Virus record (IMG/VR): IMGVR_UViG_3300023178_004792
Location: 1-60,037 of that record
Origin: a virus
Lineage: Duplodnaviria > Caudoviricetes
Strand: one strand, 5' to 3'
Length of the DNA: 60,037 bases
Shown here: positions 37,865-47,773 of the stretch, piece after piece
Position numbering within the stretch: the first letter of the stretch is position 1
Layout of the letters: the number at the start of each line of letters is the position of its first letter
The notes under the pieces: generated by a model
Told to the model about the DNA's origin: nothing
Databases searched by the model: none
Seen by the model: only the letters and a program-made list of their open reading frames with translations
Translations under genes and position numbers: made by a program

Positions 37865-39478
37865 TTATGCTATGATTGTGGTTTGGTAATCTATTGTGGC
37901 GTCGGTACCGGTGTTACTCGTGGTGTATTGAAAAGATACTGTGTTTGTTGCCGAACTTCCGTCTGTCTTCTGTGCCGCGGTCAGTTCAACACCAACGTCC
38001 GATCCGCTCTCTGTGAATGTGTCATCAAAACTCACACCATTTGTTGATGCACTGATAATAAGTTCACCTGTCCTGTCGTTGGTCCCCCTCACTATCTTGT
38101 ACACAACTTTCAATCCCTTGCCTGCGAAAGCAGGATACTCGTTGATTGTGGTGGCCGACGATGTGTTGTCTGATAGTGTCTGTGATTTAATTGCCTTGCT
38201 CTGTATTGCGATGCCCTGTACCTCAGGTGCCGCGTTCAGTTCAGAACTGCCATCTGCCCTACGTAGGTCTGACCTCTCGAAGAAGTCCATGATGGAACTG
38301 CACTCGTCTTGATCGTACTGTAGCACAGGCACTTCTCTGATAGAACCCACCCCTTCAAAGTTGTTGGCAACGGTTGATGCGTACCAGTTACCATGTGATA
38401 TGATGTTCCTTGATGGTGCCTCGACAGTCTGTTTTGGTTTCACGTAGATGGCCTGTTGCCCTATGTTGCTCCAACTGTTGCCAGAGAAGTGAACATCTCT
38501 TGGACCTATCGTCATACCATTTGTTGTAGATCCGTCCCATTCATCACCTATGATGGCACCGTAATACGCTGTGTCAAAATCACAGTTGTTGAACCTCACG
38601 TTGGTGACATCAAAACTCATGTCCACCAGTCTGGCGAACTTGGTGAATTGGCATTGGTTGAAGACGATATGTGAGCAAGGAAGTGCGGTCGTTGACCTAA
38701 CTGTAACGCCTTTGGAATTTGAATTGTCAGCCGGGTTTGACGTTGCGTATGTGCCTTGGAACTTGCAGTTGTTGAAATACACTTTGGTAGCGTTGTCTAT
38801 GGACACTCCGCCATATGCTTCCACGTTCCTGAACGTGATGCCTTCTATCTGTATCTGTGTTGGTGTCGTTGCACCTGCTGTTCCGATAGCACCAAAAACA
38901 TTTTCTTCGTCATCCTCGGTCACAGCCACTGGTGCGTTTCCGCCTGACTGTCTGATTATGGTCTTGTCTGGCCCTTCGCCCACTAGGTGTGCGTAGGGTG
39001 GGATCGTGATGCTACCGTTGATCCTGTAGACACCGGCCGGGAAAAATAAAATCCTTCTTGCCCTCGGGTCGTCTAACAGTGCATCGGTGTCTGAGTATAA
39101 TTCGTCTATGGCCCTCTGTATGGCCGCCGTGTCATTTGTGCTGTCATCGCCCTTTGCGTCGAACTGTTTAACTGATGCGAAGTCGTCAAGTCTCTGTTGC
39201 ACTGTCCTTGTCACGTCGCCAGCAGATCCTGTCGTGATTGGTGTGCTGTCTCCTAGGTAACCCTTGTAGGTGTAGTTCACCGCTGTGGTGAAACTGCTCG
39301 AACCCTGTGTCATGATTTCAGTGTTGCCCACCGCTGGAGCACCATCTGACACTGTGCCGTTTCCTATGAAAAGTCTCTGTTCGTCTATGACCCAACCCAA
39401 TTCACCCGCGGCTAGTTGTGGTAGGTCCGTACGTTTACCTCTTCTATGTTGAATCCTCGATATTTGAACAATGGGCAC
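37865..39478 (-). CDS. Tail fibre/spike with Mtd-N-like anchor and pectate-lyase-like beta-helix
   Basis: QISRIQHRRG...LAAGELGW; SVKQFDAKGDDSTNDTAAIQRA; LFFPAGVY. Confidence 0.85.
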   Translation of the reverse strand: MPIVQISRIQHRRGKRTDLPQLAAGELGWVIDEQRLFIGNGTVSDGAPAVGNTEIMTQGSSSFTTAVNYTYKGYLGDSTPITTGSAGDVTRTVQQRLDDFASVKQFDAKGDDSTNDTAAIQRAIDELYSDTDALLDDPRARRILFFPAGVYRINGSITIPPYAHLVGEGPDKTIIRQSGGNAPVAVTEDDEENVFGAIGTAGATTPTQIQIEGITFRNVEAYGGVSIDNATKVYFNNCKFQGTYATSNPADNSNSKGVTVRSTTALPCSHIVFNQCQFTKFARLVDMSFDVTNVRFNNCDFDTAYYGAIIGDEWDGSTTNGMTIGPRDVHFSGNSWSNIGQQAIYVKPKQTVEAPSRNIISHGNWYASTVANNFEGVGSIREVPVLQYDQDECSSIMDFFERSDLRRADGSSELNAAPEVQGIAIQSKAIKSQTLSDNTSSATTINEYPAFAGKGLKVVYKIVRGTNDRTGELIISASTNGVSFDDTFTESGSDVGVELTAAQKTDGSSATNTVSFQYTTSNTGTDATIDYQTTIIA

Positions 39479-39522
39479 GATTAGTAGTTTCCTCTAAATT
39501 TTGTTAACATTTATTGTATTTA

Positions 39523-40227
39523 TTAGAGAACAGACTTGTAGTATTGCTCCAACTTCTTGTACCACTCGCTGGTCCAGTGGTCGTAGTTGTCTATCTCGAA
39601 TGTCTGGAATTCGTTGTTCTGTGTGCATATAAACACACGTCCGGCCTTGATGTTGGTGTCATACACCTTGTTGTGTGCCTCGCTGTAGGCGACCAACTGC
39701 ATGAAGTAATCTTCTATCCACTCCTTCTTCTTGAGCTTCCTCGACTGTTTGAAGTCACATATGGCCGGTTGGCCCTTGTAAACCGCAACTAGATCTGTCG
39801 TTCCAGCGTACAGTTCTGGGTAGTGTAATGACACTTCTGATCCCCATACCTCACTGATGTCCTTTAATCCATTGTCAATTATCACATTGGCCATCGTGTG
39901 TGCCTTCTGCTGTATGAGATTCGATCCCGGGGTCCTGTCCTCGCCTTTCACATGCTTCTCGAGGCTACGGTGCATCACGGTTCCTATGTTGGCCGACTCT
40001 GTTGCAATCTGTTGTGCTTTTGCCTCTCCTATGCGTTTTTTCCATGCGTTGAGATGTGTCATGTCTTTTGTGGCGCTCAACACCGTGGTCACGCTGGGCA
40101 CCAACCTGCCGTCGGGCGTTTGGTAATGTCGCTTGCCGTTCTTGCTCTGCCTGTTGAGCTCACCATATGGATACTTCTGAACGTAGGCTATGCCTTTGTT
40201 CTTAAGAACGTTTTCGGGTATTTTCAT
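39523..40227 (-). CDS. PD-(D/E)xK exonuclease (Cas4/MGME1-like phage type)
   Basis: PSVTTVL, GTVMH, YAGTTDL...DFKQS, QLVAY. Confidence 0.9.
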   Translation of the reverse strand: MKIPENVLKNKGIAYVQKYPYGELNRQSKNGKRHYQTPDGRLVPSVTTVLSATKDMTHLNAWKKRIGEAKAQQIATESANIGTVMHRSLEKHVKGEDRTPGSNLIQQKAHTMANVIIDNGLKDISEVWGSEVSLHYPELYAGTTDLVAVYKGQPAICDFKQSRKLKKKEWIEDYFMQLVAYSEAHNKVYDTNIKAGRVFICTQNNEFQTFEIDNYDHWTSEWYKKLEQYYKSVL

Positions 40228-40245
40228 GTAGATAATTATACAATA

Positions 40246-41550
40246 ATGAGTATATCAGATCAACCCCCTAAACCTTTTCCCATCAAAAAAGGACTTCCTT
40301 GCCAGCTCAAGTGGACACATAGCACGGTGTACCTTACCGATGGTGGCAGTTCAAGTTGCCATAGGGTCAATCAGGATCCACTTGAAGTTCGTAATGGTGA
40401 GTTGAATTTCCATAACCTGCCTGCCAAGTTAGAGGCCAGGCGAAAGATGTTGCGCGGTGAATGGCCGGGCAATGGGTGTGAACACTGTAAACACATCGAA
40501 GATGCTGGTGGAACAAGCGACAGAATGATACACCTTAACCTCGAGGGGACCACAGCACCGCCCGAGCTTGATAATGATCTGGAGGCGGTCGACGTTACAC
40601 CAAGGCAGTTGGAAATATACTGGGGTAACACTTGCAACCAAAAATGTATATACTGCGACGCACACTACAGTTCCATGATACATCAAGAAGAAAAGAGATT
40701 TGGTTACTTCAAGAAAGACGGGGTGTACCTGGACTACGACAACTGGCGGATGAATCCAAAGATCGAGGAGCATACAGAGTTGTTGTTCAAATGGTTAGAC
40801 AAAAATCTACAGCACCTACACAAGGTGTTTGTTATGGGGGGAGAGCCTTTCTTACAAAAAGAAACTTTCAGATTTATAGAACTTCTGGAGAAAGGCAATT
40901 ATCCAGACCTTACTCTGGTCTTTTTCAGCAACCACAACATCGAATCCGAAAGGTTCAAGAACTGGACGGACAGGCTGGACAGACTCAACAAAAGTGGCAG
41001 GCTGGACAAGGTACAAATTTTCTTCAGTTGTGATGCATTTGGCAAAGAAGGTGAGTACGTCAGGACAGGACTAGACTTGAATGTGGCCCTGGGTAATTTC
41101 AAACATCTGCTGTACAACACAGACATAGACCAGGCAATCAACTCTGCACTGACTGTGACCGCCGTGCCTGGAATGCCAGAGATGGTCAGGCACATCAACA
41201 AGTGGTCCAAGGAAGTCAAACCTATCTACTGGAGCATGATGAAAGCAAACCAACATGACCAACCGCCCAGGCCTTACATGTATCCGGGCATCTTTGGCAG
41301 TAAGATCAATGACTGGGGACTCAGAGAAGCAGTAGATATGTTTGAAACGAAGACAGACGGCTTTGAGGATTCAGTGAAGCAGAACCACAAAAAGTTCATG
41401 CAGGGAAACATGATAGAATTTGATCAACGTGAACCAAGCCTTGAACGACAGAAGCAGTTCAAGATATACCTAACCGAACTTGACCGCAGGCGTGGAACTG
41501 ATTTCACTAAAATATACCCTCAGATAGCAAGACTTTTAGAAAACCTCTAG
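40246..41550 (+). CDS. N-terminal twitch-domain radical SAM protein
   Basis: CQLKW..SCHR..CEHC; CNQKCIYC; GGEPF; start taken as ATG 40246. Confidence 0.88.
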   Translation: MSISDQPPKPFPIKKGLPCQLKWTHSTVYLTDGGSSSCHRVNQDPLEVRNGELNFHNLPAKLEARRKMLRGEWPGNGCEHCKHIEDAGGTSDRMIHLNLEGTTAPPELDNDLEAVDVTPRQLEIYWGNTCNQKCIYCDAHYSSMIHQEEKRFGYFKKDGVYLDYDNWRMNPKIEEHTELLFKWLDKNLQHLHKVFVMGGEPFLQKETFRFIELLEKGNYPDLTLVFFSNHNIESERFKNWTDRLDRLNKSGRLDKVQIFFSCDAFGKEGEYVRTGLDLNVALGNFKHLLYNTDIDQAINSALTVTAVPGMPEMVRHINKWSKEVKPIYWSMMKANQHDQPPRPYMYPGIFGSKINDWGLREAVDMFETKTDGFEDSVKQNHKKFMQGNMIEFDQREPSLERQKQFKIYLTELDRRRGTDFTKIYPQIARLLENL

Positions 41551-42838
41551 CCTAAAAAACTATCTATCGATTTTTCAAGACCAGGGAGCAAGTTTCTCCA
41601 GGTGATCCCGGCACGATGTTTGTCTTGTAGGTCGTTGTATTTGATGAAACTCTGTAAGGTCTCTTTTTTGAATGGCATTGACTTGTCGTTGCTTTCGTGT
41701 AAAGATTTAATATGCGATTCAATTTGTTTTTTGTTGTCAACTTTATCCACTTTATGTAGTGAATCTTGTAGTTTTTTTGCCACGGACTTCTTGTACTCGT
41801 CAGGCAAAACAGAATAGTCACAGATCCGAGGCCCAGTCACTACACCGGTCCACCATACATCCACCGCAATATCATGTTGCTTTTCGAACTGTTCCACGTA
41901 ATGCACTGTGTCAACCACGCTGTGTATGTTAAGCGACTAAAGGTTGGTCCTATGGTCATCCTGCACCTGTCATTAGTTTTCATAATGTCAGCGTAGAACT
42001 TCAAAGACCTTTCAATAACTGGCCATTTTGAAGGGTAGCGGATGTAGTCATTGACATCTCCTATTCCGTCCACACTACCATAAATGCCCATCATTTTAAC
42101 TTTCTTCAGCCAAGTGATCATTTTTGGATTGGTGTTGGTCAGATTAGTCGTCAAGGTGACTGTCTTTTTTTGTAGAGTGTCTTTTTGAAAACAAAATTCC
42201 AACAATTCATAGAACTCCTTGATTGCAGTTGGCTCGCCGCCAACAACATTGAGGTCACTGACATTATCACTTACGTAGTTGAAGATGTCATTCTTTGTTT
42301 TTGGGTTTTTGAACCAGTCATAAACTATTCCCAATTCAGATGTCCAGTTGTTCACCACACCACCTTGCTTCTTGAGCCATTCAACAAATCCGGGCTCTTT
42401 GTCGCCTATCTTTAATAACTCTTCTCCTATCTTGTGACTGTATTGCTGGCTACACATCTTGCAGGCAAGGTTACAAACATTTCCAAAGTGTAGTTCTAGT
42501 TGTTCTATTTTGTTATTGACTTTGCCATCCACTGTGATTGCATTGTAATGTTCGTAGTCTTTCACGTTTCTCATGCTTTTGATACCTCTGTCCTCGAGGT
42601 CATAGCACCTCTTACAGATATCTAGCCTTTCACCCGCCAGCATTTTCTTTCTGGTTTCTATCATGTAATTGCTGTTCCAACTGTCTGAAATTTTATCTTT
42701 TGACAGGTTGTATTGGTGATACCCGTCGTTCTTTGTGATGTGTTCCGGAGACAGGCAACACACCTTAAAGTGTCCTGTGGTCTGAACGTACAGATGCTTC
42801 CAAGGATAGTTACAAAAAGTTTTTGGTGTTTTAGACAT
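41547..42838 (-). pseudogene. Twitch radical SAM gene split by a 1-nt frameshift near 41938
   Basis: FCNYPW..VCC..CKRC, CNLACKMC. GPTF continues in another frame as SLNIHSVVD, matching the paralogs' TISLLNVLHL / SISCLNVLHL. Confidence 0.75.
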
Positions 42839-43247
42839 GAGTCAGTAGTTCCTCGGGTGTGGTATTGCTTTCAAACTTTGCAACAAAGTTGTGTTCTCGA
42901 TCAAATAGATACTTGTTAAAATTCCAGTCCGGCTTTCCATATTTTTGAAACAGTACATGGTTGAGATCAGTCTTAAGACAGACAGGAAACTGCACCGCAT
43001 ACCTGTTCTGTAGAAATTGCTGTATTTCGTAATTGTCACCTGGATCCTGACCCCCAAATTCGTTTGTGGGGAGGGCCACAGGCACAATTTGTCCTTGAGA
43101 AAACATTTGTTGGAAATTTTCTATCTGGTTTGTGAATCCACAAAAACTTGCAGAATTGAAAACCACAACGGGTTTGCCATGGTATTGGTCCGATGATATC
43201 AGTCCCGTCGCATACGTCTCGAGCTCGAGCTCTATCAATTTATCCAT
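42831..43247 (-). CDS. Glutathione peroxidase family protein (Cys type)
   Basis: NSASFCGFT, PTNEFGGQDPG, PDWNFNKYL. Confidence 0.9.
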   Translation of the reverse strand: MDKLIELELETYATGLISSDQYHGKPVVVFNSASFCGFTNQIENFQQMFSQGQIVPVALPTNEFGGQDPGDNYEIQQFLQNRYAVQFPVCLKTDLNHVLFQKYGKPDWNFNKYLFDREHNFVAKFESNTTPEELLTHV

Positions 43248-43262
43248 GTAAGTAATTATTGT

Positions 43263-43619
43263 TTACTTTCGTCTGTTCATGGCTGACTTGGCCATCTTCT
43301 TAACCACGTCTGTCGACCCTTGGTTGTCGAAGTCCATGGCAGGATCCTTCTCTGCTTCTGCGTCGGTCTTGATCACTATCTTCTCTTGGTCAAAGTCTGC
43401 TACTACGTTCTGCAGGTCACCGTCCTGGTCATAGATCCTTTTGAACACGTCATAGTTGAACGCCGGGTAACCCGTGTTGCTCATGATTTGTTTCACTGCG
43501 TCCATGCTGATGTCTGATGGTTGGTCCTTCTCGTCAGCGTCGCCCTTCATGTTCATCAGCACGTTGATCAGTGCCGCTTCCATGTCGCCGTCCGTGTTTT
43601 TGAATTCGTTAAATCTCAC
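43263..43619 (-). CDS. Probable head-internal protein
   Basis: MRFNEF N-terminus; acidic. Confidence 0.55.
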   Translation of the reverse strand: MRFNEFKNTDGDMEAALINVLMNMKGDADEKDQPSDISMDAVKQIMSNTGYPAFNYDVFKRIYDQDGDLQNVVADFDQEKIVIKTDAEAEKDPAMDFDNQGSTDVVKKMAKSAMNRRK

Positions 43620-43623
43620 GGGA

Positions 43624-44478
43624 CTACTTCCCCGCTAATTTGCTGTACAGTCTGTTTGAAGTCTCGAATACTTCTCTTGATTCTCTCTGCTCTCTGCCTT
43701 CTGGTTCCGTGCCACCTGCTTCGGCATCAGAGGCTCCAAACTCATCTGTCTCTTCTTCGCCGCCTTCTGAGTCCAGTGAGTCTAGATCTGTGTCCATGTC
43801 CATCGTGTCATCGGCTCCCATGGGTTCTGAGGCAACTTCTTCTCCGGTCAATATTCTTACACCGTTGTCTAGCTCTTGTCTAGTTGTCGTTAAAGTCGCT
43901 TCTGCCTGTTCAATCGCTGGTTGGATCTTTTGCATGAAAGCATCTGCCTTGTCTGCTCCCATCTCGTCTCTGATTCTGTCTGCCAGTTCTAGCATTCCTT
44001 CTGTCTTCATAGATGCTAGATCTTCTAGGTAACCTGTGACCTTGTCCATCATGTCCTTGGCCGCTAGTATTAATTCTGATTGTTCTTCAACACCTTCTTT
44101 GATCTTTTCATTGTCAGTCACTATGTCTCCTATGATCTCTTTCTTGTCCTTGTCCTGTATGCCAGGTGCGTCTTGTATCTTTTTAACTAAGGCCTTAGTC
44201 TTGGGATCTGACTTCATCTCACCCGAGCCATATTCATTAATGGCTTGATTAACGATGTCAAGCATCATTTGGCTTTTCTGATACTCTTCGTTCTTAAGTT
44301 CCTGTCCAAAGTGGGTGTTCTGTGTGATGTTGTGTATCTTCGTCCTGATGTGATTGGCCGTGTCTTCTAACTCTTCTTTGGTGTATCTGCTCACATCAAG
44401 CGTTTGATTAAATCTTGATTCAAATTCTGATAGCAATGACTCTGTTGTAAGTGGTTTTGTAAGTTCTAAGCTCTTCAT
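43624..44478 (-). CDS. Probable prohead core/scaffold-like protein
   Basis: Acidic, helical, many xxE sites; TAAATA upstream. Confidence 0.55.
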   Translation of the reverse strand: MKSLELTKPLTTESLLSEFESRFNQTLDVSRYTKEELEDTANHIRTKIHNITQNTHFGQELKNEEYQKSQMMLDIVNQAINEYGSGEMKSDPKTKALVKKIQDAPGIQDKDKKEIIGDIVTDNEKIKEGVEEQSELILAAKDMMDKVTGYLEDLASMKTEGMLELADRIRDEMGADKADAFMQKIQPAIEQAEATLTTTRQELDNGVRILTGEEVASEPMGADDTMDMDTDLDSLDSEGGEEETDEFGASDAEAGGTEPEGREQRESREVFETSNRLYSKLAGK

Positions 44479-44496
44479 ACTGTGTTTATTTATTAT

Positions 44497-44997
44497 CTAT
44501 GCACCGAACGTGTCGTTGAAAATCTGCTGTATTCTAGACTTGCATTCGTCCGCTAGGCGGTTTGCGACGTCTAATCTGTCCCAGTAAACATCTTCTGTCA
44601 GTTCGTCCTTGTCCTTCTGTGCCTCCTTTATCATGCGTTTGGCACTCTGGATGTCAAACAGTTGGCTTGCAAACTTGGTGTCGAGGTCCATCAAATTTTG
44701 TGGCACTGGTTTATTATCTGCTAGATGGTGTGCGACCAATATTGCGCTCTGTTTGAGATTGATATCTTCATACAGTATGTTAGCCTCCATCATGTCTGCT
44801 ATGACATAAACGTACCTAGTGCCTGTCCACTTCTTGGGGACAATGGCTATGTTGCCTATCAGTATGCCTTTGGAAAACTGTTTTGGTAGATGGCGGAAAG
44901 GTCTCTTTGCCTCTTCTTTGCGGGCAAGGTCTTGTAACTTGTTCTTGAGGCCATAGGCCTCTATCTGTCTTACCAGTTCTGTGTTATTTTTTGACAT
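44497..44997 (-). CDS. Hypothetical protein
   Basis: 166-aa ORF. Confidence 0.7.
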   Translation of the reverse strand: MSKNNTELVRQIEAYGLKNKLQDLARKEEAKRPFRHLPKQFSKGILIGNIAIVPKKWTGTRYVYVIADMMEANILYEDINLKQSAILVAHHLADNKPVPQNLMDLDTKFASQLFDIQSAKRMIKEAQKDKDELTEDVYWDRLDVANRLADECKSRIQQIFNDTFGA

Positions 44998-45214
44998 TCC
45001 GCACGATCCTTATGCGTCTATTTAAAGCATATTGAGTATCCGTGTCAAGTTTTTTCCTTACAAAGACGGCCTTGTCCGCCAGTCGCTTGGCCTGGTCCTG
45101 CAGTTCCGGTGTGAGTTGGCTGGCCTTGAATGTGAGGCTCCAATGCTGTTCTATGAAACGCATCTCTGCGTCGGTTACGTAAACTTTCACCCTAGGTGCT
45201 ATCTGAATGTACAT
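44984..45214 (-). CDS. Hypothetical protein
   Basis: 76-aa ORF overlapping the next gene. Confidence 0.6.
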   Translation of the reverse strand: MYIQIAPRVKVYVTDAEMRFIEQHWSLTFKASQLTPELQDQAKRLADKAVFVRKKLDTDTQYALNRRIRIVRNVKK

Positions 45215-45244
45215 ATATTTTTGGATTGGTAAAAGTAGTTATGA

Positions 45245-45481
45245 TTAGCCCGGCATCTTCATCAGGATCACAACTACTGTTGATAATAATCCTGCGACCA
45301 CAGTGCCCGCTGTGGCAATGATTGTTTTTGTCTGTGATTTGTGACCTGCTGTCATTTCTTCGTTCATTTTGCCTAGACGAAGTTCTATAGCACTCAGTCT
45401 ATCGTGTAATCCTTTGTATCTCTCTGAGCAAAGGTCCACGTGTGCTTCTAAGTTCTGTTTCTCTAAATCTGTTGTACTCAT
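45245..45481 (-). CDS. Coiled-coil plus C-terminal TM protein (holin/XhlA-like architecture)
   Basis: EKQNLEAHVDLCSERY...IIATAGTVVAGLLSTVVVIL; start taken as ATG 45481. Confidence 0.65.
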   Translation of the reverse strand: MSTTDLEKQNLEAHVDLCSERYKGLHDRLSAIELRLGKMNEEMTAGHKSQTKTIIATAGTVVAGLLSTVVVILMKMPG

Positions 45482-45527
45482 ATAGTTTTTTATCTCATTT
45501 TTGAGGTTGCGTACCTCGAATATTAGA

Positions 45528-45586
45528 GCCTGTAAATGAGCCTGTGTCATCGCCTATGTGAGCCTTTGTTTTAGGTTAAAGTGCCT
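45528..45586 (-). repeat. Five phased AGGC motifs in leader region
   Basis: GCCT on the plus strand at 45528, 45540, 45552, 45562 and 45583. Confidence 0.6.
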
Positions 45587-45596
45587 TAATCAAATA

Positions 45597-46067
45597 TTAT
45601 TTATCTGAAAAACCAGCGTATGAAAAGTATGTGTTTAAAGTGTTTAGATTCTGTGTGTCAAAAGTGCTGAACGGAAAAGTTGCAGTCTCCTTGCAGAAAC
45701 TCACTATCGGCACCTGGTGGAAGTCGCCTACAAGTTCTAAAACTGGATCCGTCTCATCACCGTATATGCCGGTCTGTTCAACAAAAAATTGGAAGTGCCA
45801 TGAATTGTGTGAGCCCTCGTAAAATGAACCAAAACCGGAATTTCCCAGAGTGTCGTTGATCCTCATGGGCGGCTTCTCCCATGTGATGTTGGTCCTTATC
45901 TGGAGCAGTTGCACCATGGTACTGAAGTTGCTGTTTTGATTTCTCGCAGTGGCCAGGGTATGTTTGTCGTGTATCACATCACCTGCTGGCGTCTTGAACG
46001 GGAACTGCTGTTTGAGGTTACCATTGTCCGTGATGTCTACCAGGGTATGTATCCTATATTCATACAT
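45597..46067 (-). CDS. Hypothetical phage protein (HTLVDIT motif)
   Basis: 156-aa ORF. Confidence 0.7.
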   Translation of the reverse strand: MYEYRIHTLVDITDNGNLKQQFPFKTPAGDVIHDKHTLATARNQNSNFSTMVQLLQIRTNITWEKPPMRINDTLGNSGFGSFYEGSHNSWHFQFFVEQTGIYGDETDPVLELVGDFHQVPIVSFCKETATFPFSTFDTQNLNTLNTYFSYAGFSDK

Positions 46068-46730
46068 CTATGCTTGTCCACTTACTTTGTCCCAATACAG
46101 GTAATCTGGTGCCAGAAACTCTTCGAGCCTTTGCTTCCATTTCTTGTTTTGCCTTAGGAACTTCTCTAGTTGGGCTTTGCCCTTGTTTTCCATCTTTCTG
46201 ACGTTTTCATCTTGATGCCTATGATTTTTGAATTTCTTTAACCTGCCATACTGTAATAATTTCTGTTTCCTACAGAAGTTTGCGAACCTATCTGCCAGAT
46301 CACTGTCCACCTTGATAAAGTGATCTACCTTGACTTGATCTAGTATCTGCCACTGGCTCGTAGTGAACCTGTTAAAGTGAGGGAAATAGTCTTCCATCAG
46401 TTGCTCGTTCTCCCACCAAGAGTACCAAGGAAGGTTATTCATCCACGATCTCACACCCGACCACCAGCGTTCTTGTGGGTTCCTCACCAGGGCAAAAATT
46501 GGTGAGTCATCTTTTTGGTCAGTATGCATGTGCCATCCCTCTGTCCCATACTCCGTGGACAGCCAGTTCCTCATGGTTCCACTGGCACAGCAGGTCTGGT
46601 CCAGGTACCTGAACCTTGTGATGTGTGCTGGGTGCGAGTCATCCAATCTGTAGATTATTGGAGTGATGTCTCTGAGTTTACTGTCTGGCGAATTTATGAT
46701 GGCCAGGGTTTGTTCTATTGGTGTTGGCAT
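46068..46730 (-). CDS. Sulfotransferase-like protein (divergent)
   Basis: FALVRNPQERWWSG resembles the 3'-PB motif; CASGT at the 5'-PSB position; PDY near the C-terminus. Confidence 0.55.
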   Translation of the reverse strand: MPTPIEQTLAIINSPDSKLRDITPIIYRLDDSHPAHITRFRYLDQTCCASGTMRNWLSTEYGTEGWHMHTDQKDDSPIFALVRNPQERWWSGVRSWMNNLPWYSWWENEQLMEDYFPHFNRFTTSQWQILDQVKVDHFIKVDSDLADRFANFCRKQKLLQYGRLKKFKNHRHQDENVRKMENKGKAQLEKFLRQNKKWKQRLEEFLAPDYLYWDKVSGQA

Positions 46731-46746
46731 GCGATTATTTAATCGT

Positions 46747-46783
46747 AAAAAAAGGGCGAACCTAGAATATAGATCCGCCCTTT
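46747..46783 (-). terminator. Rho-independent terminator
   Basis: AAAGGGCGGATCTA-loop-TAGGTTCGCCCTTTTTTT on the minus strand. Confidence 0.85.
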
Positions 46784-46801
46784 GGTAATATCAATTAGAT
46801 A

Positions 46802-47326
46802 TTATGCATCACCTCTTTGGTCGAACATTCCGACGAAAGTGTCAGCGTCACCGTTCACGTGACCTTCAGGTAATAACGTTCTCACTTTAACGTGTACGTT
46901 ACCAGCCGAGTCACTGATGTCAAGTGTTGCTAGGATGTCTGTCTCTAGGTCAGCCTCAGCGTCACCCACCACAGTTGCGTCAACGTCCATGTTGATGTCA
47001 CCTGCAGAGTCAGCCGCGTTGAACTGTCCCGGTGTACCTTCGCATACGAACTGGTATGAGTCGATTGAGTCGTTGGCTTCGATCGCCGCAACTTCCGCCG
47101 CATCATTGACAGTGGCCTTTGCCGCTAATCTGTAAGAAGCGCCAAGTAGGGTACCGTTTCTGTTTACAACCTTTGTCACTTTGTCGAAAGCACTGTCAAG
47201 AGCTTCTGGCGTAGTAGCCGAAGCCGTGATGGCGTTGTCAAAGATAACCTCGATGAAAGTCAAACCTTTACCATTGAAAGACTGTCTTCTCGTCAAGTCA
47301 GTTGATCTGTTTTGTGTAATAGGCAT
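46802..47326 (-). CDS. Virion structural paralog 3
   Basis: MPITQN...SFNGKGLTF; GGAGGAG SD. Confidence 0.7.
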   Translation of the reverse strand: MPITQNRSTDLTRRQSFNGKGLTFIEVIFDNAITASATTPEALDSAFDKVTKVVNRNGTLLGASYRLAAKATVNDAAEVAAIEANDSIDSYQFVCEGTPGQFNAADSAGDINMDVDATVVGDAEADLETDILATLDISDSAGNVHVKVRTLLPEGHVNGDADTFVGMFDQRGDA

Positions 47327-47352
47327 TTTTTTTCTCCTCCTATACTAAACTA

Positions 47353-47751
47353 TTAAGCATTTACACCAGTGTCCGAAGCACCTGTTGTGTTCGATGTCAC
47401 TGTTGCACTTGAAATAGTTGCTGTGATTTTTGAGTTTGAGTTAAGCGCCTGGATCGCTGATTGGATAGCCGCCACAGTAGTCGTTGAACTTATAGTGTCA
47501 AGAGCGTCCGCTCTCACCATGTAAGTCACCTCTGTGTTACCGACAGCAAGACCACCCTTACCAATGATGTTCACACCTTGGTTTTGGATTGCCTCTTCAA
47601 CTAACGCAAGGCCGGCCGTGTTGGCAGTTGCTAATGGATCAGTAGTCTCCGCGTTCATGGGATTGATGTAGTCAACTGTTAAGAATGCAACATCTACTCC
47701 CTCAAACTCGTTGTTCAAGTTAATTGCAAAGTTATTTTTAGAAATTGGCAT
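47353..47751 (-). CDS. Virion structural paralog 2
   Basis: MPISKNN...EFEGVDVAF...NIIGKGGL...AIQAL; AAGGAG SD. Confidence 0.7.
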   Translation of the reverse strand: MPISKNNFAINLNNEFEGVDVAFLTVDYINPMNAETTDPLATANTAGLALVEEAIQNQGVNIIGKGGLAVGNTEVTYMVRADALDTISSTTTVAAIQSAIQALNSNSKITATISSATVTSNTTGASDTGVNA

Positions 47752-47773
47752 TGTCTATGTCTCCTTACTAAAA

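Noticed and set aside
37865-39478. Mtd-N-like domain suggesting a diversity-generating retroelement target
   Set aside because: No reverse transcriptase or TR/VR repeat pair seen in the window
39523-40227. Cas4-like nuclease suggesting a CRISPR-Cas system
   Set aside because: No repeat-spacer array or other cas genes seen; it lacks the Cas4 Fe-S cysteines and fits a stand-alone phage exonuclease
39898-40245. N-terminal extensions of track ORFs 39898-41550, 49015-50196, 57497-58393 and 56701-57777
   Set aside because: They overlap opposite-strand genes or promoters; internal ATGs (40246, 49123, 57794, 57711) fit better
42831-43247. Possible selenoprotein Gpx or stop-codon recoding in the genome
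   Set aside because: The active-site codon is Cys, and TAG/TGA terminate well-conserved genes (btuB, sufE, grx) at the expected positions
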